Source: Shigella phage KRT47. Taken from it: a DNA stretch of 64,000 bases. Shown piece by piece: positions 1-9,489 of this stretch. The position numbers and the translations under genes were made by a program. Location: the sequence record MN781580. One strand, written 5' to 3'. The notes under the pieces are model-generated. The model made no database searches, had not been told where the DNA came from, and worked only from the letters and a program-made list of their open reading frames with translations. Positions within the stretch are counted from its first letter, which is position 1; every line of letters begins with the position of its first letter.

Positions 1-552
1 GATATTCGTGGTGCTCGCTGGGCAGGTGAATCCTTTAAAGCTCTGTTGTTCCAGATTGACAAAGAAGCAGTTGAAATTGCTCGTCAGACCGGTCGTGGTG
101 AAGGTAACTTCATTATCGCTTCCCGTAACGTAGTTAACGTTCTGGCTTCAGTTGATACCGGCATTTCTTATGCTGCACAGGGTCTGGCTACCGGCTTCAA
201 CACTGATACTACCAAGTCAGTATTTGCTGGTGTTCTGGGTGGTAAATACCGTGTATATATCGACCAGTATGCTAAACAGGATTATTTCACTGTAGGTTAT
301 AAAGGTCCGAACGAAATGGATGCTGGTATTTACTATGCTCCATATGTAGCTCTGACTCCGCTGCGTGGTTCCGATCCGAAGAACTTCCAACCGGTAATGG
401 GATTCAAAACTCGTTACGGTATCGGTATCAACCCATTTGCAGAATCCGCTGCTCAGGCTCCGGCTTCTCGCATCCAGAGCGGTATGCCTTCTATTCTGAA
501 TAGCCTTGGTAAAAACGCTTACTTCCGCCGTGTATATGTTAAAGGTATCTAA
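1..552 (+). CDS. 23: Major capsid protein gp23, C-terminal part (CDS begins upstream of window)
   Basis: Open frame from position 1 to stop at 552; C-terminal sequence ...GKNAYFRRVYVKGI recognised as T4 gp23; followed by hairpin terminator. Confidence 0.9.
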   Translation, partial: DIRGARWAGESFKALLFQIDKEAVEIARQTGRGEGNFIIASRNVVNVLASVDTGISYAAQGLATGFNTDTTKSVFAGVLGGKYRVYIDQYAKQDYFTVGYKGPNEMDAGIYYAPYVALTPLRGSDPKNFQPVMGFKTRYGIGINPFAESAAQAPASRIQSGMPSILNSLGKNAYFRRVYVKGI

Positions 553-565
553 TCTTTGACGATTT

Positions 566-596
566 AAGGGACCTTCGGGTCCCTTTAGTTGTTTTT
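566..596 (+). terminator. Intrinsic terminator after gene 23
   Basis: Hairpin GGGACCTTCGGGTCCC followed by T-rich tract. Confidence 0.6.
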
Positions 597-600
597 ATGG

Positions 601-608
601 TATAAATA
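601..608 (+). promoter_or_regulatory. Late promoter (TATAAATA) for gene 24
   Basis: TATAAATA 28 nt upstream of gene 24 ATG. Confidence 0.55.
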
Positions 609-635
609 AATCATATAAACCAAAAGGAAAGCGCA

Positions 636-1919
636 ATGGCTAAAATCAACGAACTTCTGCGCGAATCAACCACAACGAATAGCAACTCAATCGGTCGCCC
701 AAATCTCGTTGCTTTGACTCGCGCTACCACTAAATTAATATATTCTGACATTGTAGCAACGCAAAGAACTAATCAACCTGTTGCTGCTTTTTATGGTATC
801 AAATACCTTAACCCAGACAATGAATTTACATTTAAAACTGGTGCTACTTATGCTGGCGAAGCTGGATATGTAGACCGAGAACAAATCACAGAATTAACAG
901 AAGAGTCTAAATTAACTCTCAATAAAGGCGATTTATTCAAATATAATAATATCGTTTATAAAGTATTAGAAGATACACCATTTGCTGATATTGAAGAAAG
1001 CGATTTAGAATTGGCTCTTCAGATTGCAATTGTTCTTTTAAAGGTTCGTCTATTTTCTGACGCAGCGTCAACAAGCAAATTTGAAAGCTCTGATAGTGAA
1101 ATTGCGGATGCTAGATTCCAGATTAATAAATGGCAAACCGCAGTTAAATCTCGCAAACTTAAAACTGGTATCACAGTTGAATTAGCACAAGATTTAGAAG
1201 CAAATGGATTCGATGCTCCTAATTTCTTGGAAGATTTGCTTGCAACTGAAATGGCAGATGAAATCAATAAAGATATTCTGCAGTCTTTGATTACAGTATC
1301 AAAACGTTATAAAGTTACAGGAATTACTGATACTGGATTCATTGATTTGAGTTATGCATCTGCTCCTGAAGCAGGTCGTTCATTATACCGAATGGTATGT
1401 GAAATGGTTTCACATATCCAAAAAGAATCAACTTATACAGCAACGTTCTGTGTTGCTTCAGCTCGTGCTGCTGCGATTCTTGCTGCATCAGGTTGGTTAA
1501 AACATAAACCAGAAGATGACAAATATCTTTCACAAAATGCCTATGGGTTTTTAGCTAATGGTTTACCACTTTATTGCGATACTAACAGCCCATTAGATTA
1601 TGTAATCGTTGGCGTAGTAGAAAATATCGGTGAAAAAGAAATTGTTGGATCAATTTTCTATGCTCCGTATACAGAAGGTCTCGACTTAGATGACCCTGAA
1701 CATGTAGGTGCATTTAAAGTTGTAGTCGATCCAGAAAGCTTGCAACCGTCTATCGGTTTATTAGTTAGATATGCTTTATCTGCAAATCCTTACACCGTAG
1801 CAAAAGATGAAAAAGAAGCAAGAGTAATTGATGGTGGAGACATGGATAAAATGGCGGGTCGTTCAGATTTGTCTGTTTTATTAGGTGTTAAGCTACCAAA
1901 AATTATCATTGATGAATAA
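636..1919 (+). CDS. 24: Head vertex protein gp24
   Basis: 427 aa ORF directly after gene 23, capsid-protein-like, preceded by TATAAATA late promoter and RBS. Confidence 0.9.
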   Translation: MAKINELLRESTTTNSNSIGRPNLVALTRATTKLIYSDIVATQRTNQPVAAFYGIKYLNPDNEFTFKTGATYAGEAGYVDREQITELTEESKLTLNKGDLFKYNNIVYKVLEDTPFADIEESDLELALQIAIVLLKVRLFSDAASTSKFESSDSEIADARFQINKWQTAVKSRKLKTGITVELAQDLEANGFDAPNFLEDLLATEMADEINKDILQSLITVSKRYKVTGITDTGFIDLSYASAPEAGRSLYRMVCEMVSHIQKESTYTATFCVASARAAAILAASGWLKHKPEDDKYLSQNAYGFLANGLPLYCDTNSPLDYVIVGVVENIGEKEIVGSIFYAPYTEGLDLDDPEHVGAFKVVVDPESLQPSIGLLVRYALSANPYTVAKDEKEARVIDGGDMDKMAGRSDLSVLLGVKLPKIIIDE

Positions 1920-1920
1920 A

Positions 1921-1950
1921 ACAAAGGGACCTTTCGGTCCCTTTTTATTT
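1921..1950. terminator. Bidirectional terminator between gene 24 and rnlB
   Basis: Hairpin GGGACCTTTCGGTCCC with T-runs on both strands. Confidence 0.6.
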
Positions 1951-2953
1951 AACTTACCAATTCAATCCAAGCCGGACGAAGTACATCTTGTACCATTTTA
2001 ACTAATTCCTTTTTAATCAAAGAAGGATTATCCGCTTGAGTTAGAGTAATACCTTCACGAGAAGTTTCTTCCAAAATATCTTGAACAGTTAGTCCCATCA
2101 CCTTTCCAAAATCTTTTGGACCAATTTCGCCAATTTTAGAAATAACGTTATTTACTCGGTTTAGTGTAACGTAACAAGCTAAAATCCCCACCAATTTGTT
2201 ATCAGCTTCTGACAGTTCAACTTTAGCTTTAATAGGCTTATCAGACTTTTTCTTTTCACTAAATTTAGAATTCTTGCATTTGATGGCTACACGATTGCGA
2301 TTAGGCAGCCAAGAAGGATAACAAGGTTTCAATACATATCCTTCAGCGGTAAATACTTCGCCTTTGGCTTCAGCTTTCCAAACACATTTGTTAGCGTCAA
2401 TTAAACCTGCATTATCTACGGTAAAATTATAAGACGGAACAACAGAATCCAAATCATTTGGCAATTTAATAAGTTCTTCAAATTTACCACGACCCAAAAG
2501 TGGAGCGATTTTAAACCCAAATGAATTACAAAACGATTCCATCATGTAATCATCAACATAAGTTACATCGCCACTTTCTGTAGTGACAATAATGTCAAAT
2601 ACATAAAAATCTTTATCGCCATAATCAACATTCTTCTGAATGCCAGGTCCAGCGAATTCGCCAAAAACTTGATAAGTCACAACAGCTGAAGTTTCCATAA
2701 TTTCTTGGACAGCTTTAATAGAATCTTCGTAATTCTTTAAAATAATTTCATAACCGAAGAAATCTTCAGCAGGAAGAATCGGTCCAGTACGTTTAGCGCA
2801 AGTTACTTTATCACGCTCAATAATCAATGAGAAATTTGTGCCGTGAATCTTTTCACGAGCTACCCATTCGCCGCCAGTCAATCCCAAGCTATAAAGTTTT
2901 TCAATAAATTTAGAGTTGTAATGATTTTCAAGACTGCTATACTTTTTAAACAT
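1949..2953 (-). CDS. rnlB: RNA ligase 2
   Basis: 334 aa; N-terminus [16 protein letters not shown]...EKIHGTNFS with nucleotidyltransferase lysine motif; T4 position after gene 24. Confidence 0.9.
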   Translation of the reverse strand: MFKKYSSLENHYNSKFIEKLYSLGLTGGEWVAREKIHGTNFSLIIERDKVTCAKRTGPILPAEDFFGYEIILKNYEDSIKAVQEIMETSAVVTYQVFGEFAGPGIQKNVDYGDKDFYVFDIIVTTESGDVTYVDDYMMESFCNSFGFKIAPLLGRGKFEELIKLPNDLDSVVPSYNFTVDNAGLIDANKCVWKAEAKGEVFTAEGYVLKPCYPSWLPNRNRVAIKCKNSKFSEKKKSDKPIKAKVELSEADNKLVGILACYVTLNRVNNVISKIGEIGPKDFGKVMGLTVQDILEETSREGITLTQADNPSLIKKELVKMVQDVLRPAWIELVS

Positions 2954-2962
2954 AATTAATCC

Positions 2963-3241
2963 TCAAAATGTAATTTCTAACCAATCACCATCACGCTGAT
3001 CACTATTGACTTTAAAGCTGAATCCCTCTTTTCTCAGCCAATCACCAATTTCTTCAGTAATCAATTTATCGCGAGCAGTACAATAATAACTAAAATATGT
3101 TTTACCTTGTTCAGCTGCTTTATTAGCAAGTTCTGAAAAATCTTTAATAAAACACTCTAGCTTAAACTGTTTACTTTTTAATGCTTTTTCACGTAATTGA
3201 TTAGCAAAAGATTCATTTTCATAAAGATCATACTGTTCCAT
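2963..3241 (-). CDS. Hypothetical protein (24.2 position)
   Basis: 92 aa ORF, tightly packed between rnlB and next ORF. Confidence 0.5.
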   Translation of the reverse strand: MEQYDLYENESFANQLREKALKSKQFKLECFIKDFSELANKAAEQGKTYFSYYCTARDKLITEEIGDWLRKEGFSFKVNSDQRDGDWLEITF

Positions 3242-3443
3242 TTTTCACCTTTTTATTGATATGTCTTTTTCTATAGACAACTTTTTCTCGAGTTTCAAAT
3301 TTATTCTTAGCAGTCATAGCTCGAGCCCATAATACAGCCACTTCTTTCGCCTGTAAGTTTAATTCACGAGCAATTTCAATGAATGACTTTCCAGACTCAT
3401 GAAGAGTAAACACCACAACCTCAGTTCTCATAATCAATCTCAT
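3228..3443 (-). CDS. Hypothetical small protein with possible helix-turn-helix (24.3 position)
   Basis: 71 aa ORF; segment GKSFIEIARELNL resembles an HTH. Confidence 0.45.
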   Translation of the reverse strand: MRLIMRTEVVVFTLHESGKSFIEIARELNLQAKEVAVLWARAMTAKNKFETREKVVYRKRHINKKVKNGTV

Positions 3444-3496
3444 GTTATCGAGTTGGTGCCATTATATACATCATTTTCTGAGTGTGTTTTGTGTGC

Positions 3497-3530
3497 TTTC
3501 AAAATGAAGAAAGGGGCCGAAGCCCCTTAT
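3497..3530 (-). terminator. Terminator after hoc
   Basis: Hairpin AAGGGGCTTCGGCCCCTT followed by U-rich tract on minus strand. Confidence 0.5.
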
Positions 3531-3532
3531 GA

Positions 3533-4951
3533 TTATGGATAGGTATAGATGATACCAGTTTCTAAAGCAGTTTTATGAATGATGTATCCATTACGTGATT
3601 CTTGAACATCAACTTCTGGATAGTCTTTCATCATCTTCTGAAGGGTGTAACGATGCAGGTAGTATTTACTATCTGGATCTTCAGTTTTCCAATCTTTACC
3701 TTCTTCGGTCATTTTTTGGATTTCATCCATAACCCACCAACCGCACCAGATATAAGCCGAAGTACGATGTGGAAGAGGATGAACATAAGGCAATTCACCT
3801 TCTGGTTCTGGAGCAACTTTATCAGTTACCTGAACTTGACCTTCTGCTGTGATAGTTTTGCTATCATAATCAGTAGCAGTAACAGTTGCAGTAACTTCAA
3901 TAGTTTGACTTCCAATAGATGATGTATCAACGGTGTATACATTAGTTGACCCTTCTACTGGAGAAGAATCTTTCTTCCATGAATATTCAATTTGAGCTTC
4001 TTCTGGAGCATCAGTGACATTAGCCGTAAATGTAGCCGAAGCATCTTGCTGAACGTTAATAGAAGGAGGAGTCAATGTAACCTGTGGATTCATTGTCTTC
4101 TTATTAACCGTTAATGATACTTCATTAGAAGTAACTGTTTTTGGGTCATAATCTGTTGCTGTTACTTGGGCTACGCATTTAATTCTTTTTACTCCACTTG
4201 TAGTTGGAGTATAGCTAAATGTAGCAGAAGTTGCTTCACCAATTTGAGAATCATCTACATACCACTGATACGTAGCAGATGCTTCATCAGGTTGAGAAGC
4301 TAAGGCAGCAGTAAATTGAACTGGGGTTCCGATAACTCCCGCTGGAGGACTATCAGGAGTTACTGCCAAAGTAGTTGTCTGCGTCTTTTTATTAACAGTC
4401 AGTGACACTTCATTAGAAGTAACTTCCTTTGCATCATAATCTGCCGCAGTTACTTGAGCTACACACTTAATTGTTTTAACTCCGCTTGTGTCAGGAGTGT
4501 AATTGAATGTAGCGTCAGTTGCTTCGCCCACAGGAGAACCGTCAACGTACCATTGATACGTAGCAGATGCGCTTGGTGGCTGTGAAGCTAAGGCAGCGGT
4601 AAATTCAATTGGAGTTCCAATCACTCCAGCATCAGGGCTACCAGGAGTTACTGCCAAAGTAGTTGTTTGTGTCTTATTTTGAACTGTGATAGTTGTACTA
4701 ATTTCAGCTGTTTCGGGACTACTATCGGCAACTTGATTGGTTGCAACTACTTTAATAGTCTTTTGACCGGCAGGTCCTTTTAGTACATAACTAAAAGTTG
4801 CTTCAGCTCCATCTTGTGGAACATCGTCTACAGTCCAAGCATATGTAATAGGTCCATCTCCAGTTTGACCACTGGGTGTAGCAGTAAACTGCTGAGTCTG
4901 ATCTATAACTCCAGTAGGTGTTTTAGGAGTTATATCAACTGTAAAAGCCAT
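3533..4951 (-). CDS. hoc: Hoc, highly immunogenic outer capsid protein, with four Ig-like domains
   Basis: 472 aa; repeated Ig-like modules with YxW motifs; two near-identical 96-aa tandem modules; T4 position between 24.3 and inh. Confidence 0.85.
   Translation of the reverse strand: MAFTVDITPKTPTGVIDQTQQFTATPSGQTGDGPITYAWTVDDVPQDGAEATFSYVLKGPAGQKTIKVVATNQVADSSPETAEISTTITVQNKTQTTTLAVTPGSPDAGVIGTPIEFTAALASQPPSASATYQWYVDGSPVGEATDATFNYTPDTSGVKTIKCVAQVTAADYDAKEVTSNEVSLTVNKKTQTTTLAVTPDSPPAGVIGTPVQFTAALASQPDEASATYQWYVDDSQIGEATSATFSYTPTTSGVKRIKCVAQVTATDYDPKTVTSNEVSLTVNKKTMNPQVTLTPPSINVQQDASATFTANVTDAPEEAQIEYSWKKDSSPVEGSTNVYTVDTSSIGSQTIEVTATVTATDYDSKTITAEGQVQVTDKVAPEPEGELPYVHPLPHRTSAYIWCGWWVMDEIQKMTEEGKDWKTEDPDSKYYLHRYTLQKMMKDYPEVDVQESRNGYIIHKTALETGIIYTYP
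4100..4675 (-). repeat. Tandem duplication of about 288 bp inside hoc (two Ig-like domain copies)
   Basis: Protein modules KTQTTTLAVTPGSPDAGVIGTP...SLTVNK and KTQTTTLAVTPDSPPAGVIGTP...SLTVNK are near identical; nucleotide copies visible at about 4100-4387 and 4388-4675. Confidence 0.8.
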
Positions 4952-4960
4952 AAGTTATCC

Positions 4961-5641
4961 TTATTTTAATGTTACGAAAGAAGAATTACGTGTTTCACGA
5001 ATTAGAACTGATCCGTCACGATTAATGTAGTAAATTAAGCTAAATAAAGTTTGGTGTGCCGACGCATGTTCAAAACTAGTTGGGTGAGATTTCCAATCAG
5101 GAGTTTCAGCAATCCATTGATAAATCCACCAAGGAACAGTGCAGAATCCTGGATTTTTTCCAATCAGCTGAAGATTCGGACTAAAGTTTTCCGGAAGAGT
5201 AAATACAGACGGCTTTTCAGATTCAATAATCTCAGCTACAGCCTGTTCGAATTTTTCTTCAACAAAAGGAGTATCTTCAATTAAAACAGTGGTATTTTCA
5301 GGAATTTTATCCGTTTCTACTACTTCAATTTTAATGTCAGATTTAACCGGAGAATCAATCAGAAGTGCTGCCTCTGGATTGACTTCTTCATCGTCATATT
5401 TTAATCCGTCTGCAGCATCAGCAGCATCAATTAAGTCTTTAATAGATAACCCATCAGTCTCTGGCATAGGTTCACTAGCGAGCTTCTGGAGGGCTTCTTC
5501 AATATCAGCAACGATATTATCAAAAGATTTATTCTTTTTGACCTTTATACCAAACTGCTCAGCATATTCAGCTAATTTAGCTTTAGCTTCTTTGTTATCA
5601 TCAAGAGCCTTCAGCTCTGCAATATAATCTTTATCTATCAT
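4961..5641 (-). CDS. inh: Inh, inhibitor of prohead protease
   Basis: 226 aa acidic protein at the T4 inh position next to hoc. Confidence 0.7.
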   Translation of the reverse strand: MIDKDYIAELKALDDNKEAKAKLAEYAEQFGIKVKKNKSFDNIVADIEEALQKLASEPMPETDGLSIKDLIDAADAADGLKYDDEEVNPEAALLIDSPVKSDIKIEVVETDKIPENTTVLIEDTPFVEEKFEQAVAEIIESEKPSVFTLPENFSPNLQLIGKNPGFCTVPWWIYQWIAETPDWKSHPTSFEHASAHQTLFSLIYYINRDGSVLIRETRNSSFVTLK

Positions 5642-5654
5642 AATATTTCCTCAG

Positions 5655-5662
5655 TATAAATA
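5655..5662 (+). promoter_or_regulatory. Late promoter (TATAAATA) for uvsW
   Basis: TATAAATA about 30 nt upstream of uvsW ATG. Confidence 0.5.
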
Positions 5663-5691
5663 TAGATATATTTATTACATGGTATTTAGAC

Positions 5692-7203
5692 ATGACTGAC
5701 ATTAAAGTACATTTTTATGATTTTAGTCACGTGAGAATTGATTGTGAAGAAAGTACATTTCATGAACTCCGTGATTTCTTTAGCTTTGAAGCTGATGGGT
5801 ATCGTTTTAATCCGAAATACAAATATGGCCACTGGGATGGACGAATCCGTCTTTTAGATTATAATCGTCTTCTTCCATTCGGCTTAGTCGGGCAAATTAA
5901 AAAGTTCTGTGATAACTTTGGCTATAAAGCCTGGATTGACCCACAAATTAACGAAAAAGAAGAATTATCAAGAAAAGATTTTGATGAATGGCTTTCTAAA
6001 TTAGAAATCTATTCAGGAAATAAAAGAATTGAACCGCACTGGTATCAAAAAGATGCAGTGTTCGAAGGATTAGTTAATCGTCGTAGAATTCTTAATCTTC
6101 CAACATCCGCTGGTAAATCGTTAATTCAAGCTTTGCTTGCGCGATATTATTTGGAAAATTATGAAGGTAAAATTCTTATCATTGTTCCAACAACTGCTCT
6201 AACAACTCAGATGGCTGATGACTTCGTTGACTATCGTTTATTCAGTCATGCAATGATAAAGAAAATTGGTGGCGGAGCATCAAAAGATGATAAATATAAA
6301 AATGATGCACCAGTCGTTGTTGGTACATGGCAAACTGTAGTAAAACAACCGAAAGAATGGTTCTCACAGTTTGGAATGATGATGAATGATGAATGCCATC
6401 TTGCTACAGGAAAAAGTATTTCATCTATCATATCAGGTTTAAATAACTGCATGTTCAAATTTGGTCTATCTGGTTCATTACGTGATGGCAAAGCCAATAT
6501 CATGCAGTATGTTGGAATGTTTGGTGAAATATTTAAGCCAGTAACGACTTCTAAGTTAATGGAAGATGGACAAGTAACTGAGCTAAAAATTAATAGTATT
6601 TTTCTTCGCTATCCCGATGAGTTCACTACTAAATTAAAGGGAAAAACTTATCAAGAAGAAATAAAAATTATTACGGGGCTTAGTAAAAGAAATAAATGGA
6701 TCGCTAAATTAGCTATTAAGCTTGCGCAAAAAGATGAAAACGCTTTTGTCATGTTTAAACATGTATCACATGGTAAAGCTATTTTCGATTTAATTAAAAA
6801 TGAATACGATAAAGTTTATTACGTATCAGGGGAAGTTGATACCGAAACCCGCAATATAATGAAAACCTTAGCTGAAAATGGTAAAGGAATAATTATAGTA
6901 GCTAGTTATGGTGTATTTTCTACTGGTATTTCAGTTAAAAATCTGCATCACGTTGTTTTAGCGCACGGTGTTAAATCAAAAATCATTGTATTACAAACAA
7001 TCGGTCGTGTATTACGTAAGCATGGTTCTAAGACAATAGCAACAGTCTGGGACCTCATAGATGATTGTGGTGTTAAGCCAAAATCTGCTAATACTAAAAA
7101 GAAATATGTTCATTTGAACTATCTTTTAAAACACGGCATTGATCGTATTCAGCGCTACGCAGATGAAAAATTTAATTACGTAATGAAAACAGTTAATTTA
7201 TAA
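5692..7203 (+). CDS. uvsW: UvsW DNA/RNA helicase
   Basis: 503 aa; Walker A PTSAGKS and DECH box (NDECHLATGK); preceded by TATAAATA. Confidence 0.9.
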   Translation: MTDIKVHFYDFSHVRIDCEESTFHELRDFFSFEADGYRFNPKYKYGHWDGRIRLLDYNRLLPFGLVGQIKKFCDNFGYKAWIDPQINEKEELSRKDFDEWLSKLEIYSGNKRIEPHWYQKDAVFEGLVNRRRILNLPTSAGKSLIQALLARYYLENYEGKILIIVPTTALTTQMADDFVDYRLFSHAMIKKIGGGASKDDKYKNDAPVVVGTWQTVVKQPKEWFSQFGMMMNDECHLATGKSISSIISGLNNCMFKFGLSGSLRDGKANIMQYVGMFGEIFKPVTTSKLMEDGQVTELKINSIFLRYPDEFTTKLKGKTYQEEIKIITGLSKRNKWIAKLAIKLAQKDENAFVMFKHVSHGKAIFDLIKNEYDKVYYVSGEVDTETRNIMKTLAENGKGIIIVASYGVFSTGISVKNLHHVVLAHGVKSKIIVLQTIGRVLRKHGSKTIATVWDLIDDCGVKPKSANTKKKYVHLNYLLKHGIDRIQRYADEKFNYVMKTVNL

Positions 7204-7216
7204 GGGCTTCGGCCCT

Positions 7217-7459
7217 TTGGAGAAAAAGATGTTACTAGAATTTAAACAATTTCTTTATGAAGCTTCTATTGATGAATTTATGGGTAAAATTGCCTCTTGT
7301 CAAACATTAGAAGGTTTAGAAGAACTTGAAGCTTATTATAAGAAAAGAGTTAAAGAAACTGAATTAAAAGATACTGATGACATCTCTGTGAGAGATGCTT
7401 TGGCAGGAAAAAGAGCTGAATTAGAAGATTCAGACAATGAAGTAGAAGAAAGCTTTTAA
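7217..7459 (+). CDS. uvsW.1: UvsW.1 small acidic protein
   Basis: 80 aa ORF immediately downstream of uvsW with RBS. Confidence 0.6.
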   Translation: MEKKMLLEFKQFLYEASIDEFMGKIASCQTLEGLEELEAYYKKRVKETELKDTDDISVRDALAGKRAELEDSDNEVEESF

Positions 7460-7514
7460 ATTAAAAAAGGCCCAACCAAAAAGGAAGGGCCAAAACTATA
7501 GACTAAAGGTCACA

Positions 7515-7682
7515 CTATAGCAAAAGTTGTGTTTCATTTAATTGTTCTTCCGAACTTTCTGAAACTGGTAGTTCTTTAATGTAATTATAACAAGGCCCAG
7601 GATGTACAGGACCTTTGTCTGTTTCAACAACCAATGCAGAATCGATTGGAGTTTTACAGACAACACAAATCTTATCTGACAT
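7515..7682 (-). CDS. Small Cys-containing protein (uvsY.-2 position)
   Basis: 55 aa ORF MSDKICVVCKTP...HPGPC, found by manual translation; not in ORF track because under 60 aa. Confidence 0.35.
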   Translation of the reverse strand: MSDKICVVCKTPIDSALVVETDKGPVHPGPCYNYIKELPVSESSEEQLNETQLLL

Positions 7683-7710
7683 GATTGTCTCCTCTAAATT
7701 ATATATCTAT

Positions 7711-7935
7711 TTATATAACTCTCATATGCATATCAATGCCCATATCTTTAGAATAAAAATATTCATCAAGATATCCGGAAAATTTTCCTTTAACATAAAG
7801 TACATCTTCACCGCATGGATGGTCGGCCAGGATACGAATATCCTGACGCTTGAGATTATACTTTTTCATTAAGAATTGAATTTCCGTTTCGAATTCTTCT
7901 TCATAATTAAAAGCATCATCAATGCTATATCTCAT
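7711..7935 (-). CDS. Hypothetical protein (uvsY.-1 position)
   Basis: 74 aa ORF whose start overlaps the uvsY stop. Confidence 0.45.
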   Translation of the reverse strand: MRYSIDDAFNYEEEFETEIQFLMKKYNLKRQDIRILADHPCGEDVLYVKGKFSGYLDEYFYSKDMGIDMHMRVI

Positions 7936-8348
7936 TATTTTCCAGCCTCAAATGCTCGCATGTCTTGAATATGCTTAATAGCAAATCCGCGTGATTTAAT
8001 AGCATCAAGAGCTCCGCTACAGAAATCTAATAAAATTCCCCAATATTGTAATGAAGTATCAACTTTTAAAACATCCTTATCAGCTGATAGAACTGTCTTC
8101 ATTTCTGATTTCTCATAACGGTCCATACTAAATTCATCACCATCTCCTCGTCCCGAGTAGTAGTCTAATTTAGCTTTAAGAGCAACTTTTTTCTGTGCAT
8201 CAATTCTAAGCATTTCCTTTTTAATACTTGAATGCTTATTAAGCCATTTACTATATAACATCACATTATTAGCTGCTTCATACTGTAATTTAGTCGAATC
8301 TATAAACACATCTTTCTTCAATTCTTCTTGAAGATCTTCTAATCTCAT
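7935..8348 (-). CDS. uvsY: UvsY recombination mediator
   Basis: 137 aa, T4 UvsY-like; MotA-type middle promoter upstream. Confidence 0.85.
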   Translation of the reverse strand: MRLEDLQEELKKDVFIDSTKLQYEAANNVMLYSKWLNKHSSIKKEMLRIDAQKKVALKAKLDYYSGRGDGDEFSMDRYEKSEMKTVLSADKDVLKVDTSLQYWGILLDFCSGALDAIKSRGFAIKHIQDMRAFEAGK

Positions 8349-8388
8349 ATTGTTCTCTATTCAATTGTTATTGGATGGACTTAGATTC

Positions 8389-8416
8389 ATTATACCACGT
8401 TTATACGTGAAGCATT
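8389..8416 (-). promoter_or_regulatory. MotA-dependent middle promoter for uvsY
   Basis: Minus strand reads aaTGCTTCA, 13 nt, TATAAT; matches MotA box plus -10 spacing. Confidence 0.5.
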
Positions 8417-8813
8417 ATACTCTGTTACTGGAAGCCAGTTGTAGTTTTATCTGTTCAATATCATCAGGGTTATCGATGACCGAAAAGCGTATTTCTACTA
8501 TCAGAGTATAATCATCATAAACCGGTATTACATTAACTGCTAATTTATCAATACGTGGCTCGTAGTTTCTTACTGCGCTTTCAATGTTACGCTCAACAGT
8601 ATCAGCAGTAAGAGGAGTCATATTCTCAAAAAGCTGATCAGATAAATCGCATCCAAATTCTGGGTCAAATGGCCTTGACCCTTTCCTGGTTGTAATAATT
8701 CCCAAAAGGCTATTTTTAATTGACCTTAATCCAAGAGATCTGGAAACGTCTTTGTCCCAATCCATTTTCATTTCTGGGTCAATGTCAGAATAAAGCTTAT
8801 TAATATTTGCCAT
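8415..8813 (-). CDS. 25: Baseplate wedge protein gp25
   Basis: 132 aa, T4 gp25-like, overlaps gene 26 stop. Confidence 0.9.
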   Translation of the reverse strand: MANINKLYSDIDPEMKMDWDKDVSRSLGLRSIKNSLLGIITTRKGSRPFDPEFGCDLSDQLFENMTPLTADTVERNIESAVRNYEPRIDKLAVNVIPVYDDYTLIVEIRFSVIDNPDDIEQIKLQLASSNRV

Positions 8814-9439
8814 TACAATAGCTCAAAGAATTCTTTGAGTCCTCTTATTACATGAGCGTGAGTTTTTCCACACTCTGGACATTTAATTGGAACAGCCAAA
8901 TAAACAGTAGGCTTTAAAAGCATATCTTTTATAGCTACAATATCTGACTCTGTGATGATAGAATATAAATCTTCCAACTCTTTTTCATTTAAGTCTTCAA
9001 TTGGAATGCTTTCACCGTTAGCATGAATCGTTTCTATACATGATACTATCATGTGGGCTATATTTTTATCATCAAAAATTTTAGGGTAATGGAACTTAAT
9101 TTTAATGTCACCCAGTGTATACCAGAGGTCTTCTGGTGCATCTATTTGTGTATGTAATAGATTTATATGGGTTGGTATTTCAGTTCCGCAGGTGCACTTC
9201 CAGGAGTTTTCGTGATTAACTTCTCCAAGAGAATGTGCCCATAAATGAATCAATAGTAGTTCTGATTCTTGGCGGTTTAAATCTTTTGCATTTGTGCATT
9301 CTTTAATTAGCTTTTTAACGATCTCTTCTACTGAACCGTTCTTTTTAGCAGTAATAAGTTCTAGATATTCTTTAAGAGTAAATGCGCGACAGTTGATTAT
9401 TTTAGAACCAACTCTCACATCAAATTTGTATTCATACAT
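8813..9439 (-). CDS. 26: Baseplate hub protein gp26
   Basis: 208 aa, divergent from gene 51 as in T4. Confidence 0.85.
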   Translation of the reverse strand: MYEYKFDVRVGSKIINCRAFTLKEYLELITAKKNGSVEEIVKKLIKECTNAKDLNRQESELLLIHLWAHSLGEVNHENSWKCTCGTEIPTHINLLHTQIDAPEDLWYTLGDIKIKFHYPKIFDDKNIAHMIVSCIETIHANGESIPIEDLNEKELEDLYSIITESDIVAIKDMLLKPTVYLAVPIKCPECGKTHAHVIRGLKEFFELL

Positions 9440-9460
9440 ATTTAGCTCCTTTATTTATCA

Positions 9461-9468
9461 TATTTATA
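9461..9468 (-). promoter_or_regulatory. Late promoter (TATAAATA) for gene 26
   Basis: Minus-strand TATAAATA immediately upstream of gene 26 start. Confidence 0.5.
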
Positions 9469-9472
9469 AATA
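9465..9472 (+). promoter_or_regulatory. Late promoter (TATAAATA) for gene 51
   Basis: Plus-strand TATAAATA 18 nt upstream of gene 51 ATG. Confidence 0.55.
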
Positions 9473-9489
9473 GAATAAAAGGAGCATCT

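Noticed and set aside
3602-3922. Plus-strand 106-aa ORF inside hoc (similar antisense ORFs at 5051-5627 inside inh, 41359-41838 inside gene 32, 26390-26813, 43603-44186, 58897-59820)
   Set aside because: Antisense shadow ORFs lying wholly within well-supported minus-strand genes; low-complexity Phe/Ile/Asn-rich translations typical of AT-rich reverse frames
7615-7872. 85-aa plus-strand ORF overlapping uvsY.-1 and uvsY.-2
   Set aside because: Opposite strand to the conserved early genes, low-complexity translation, no RBS
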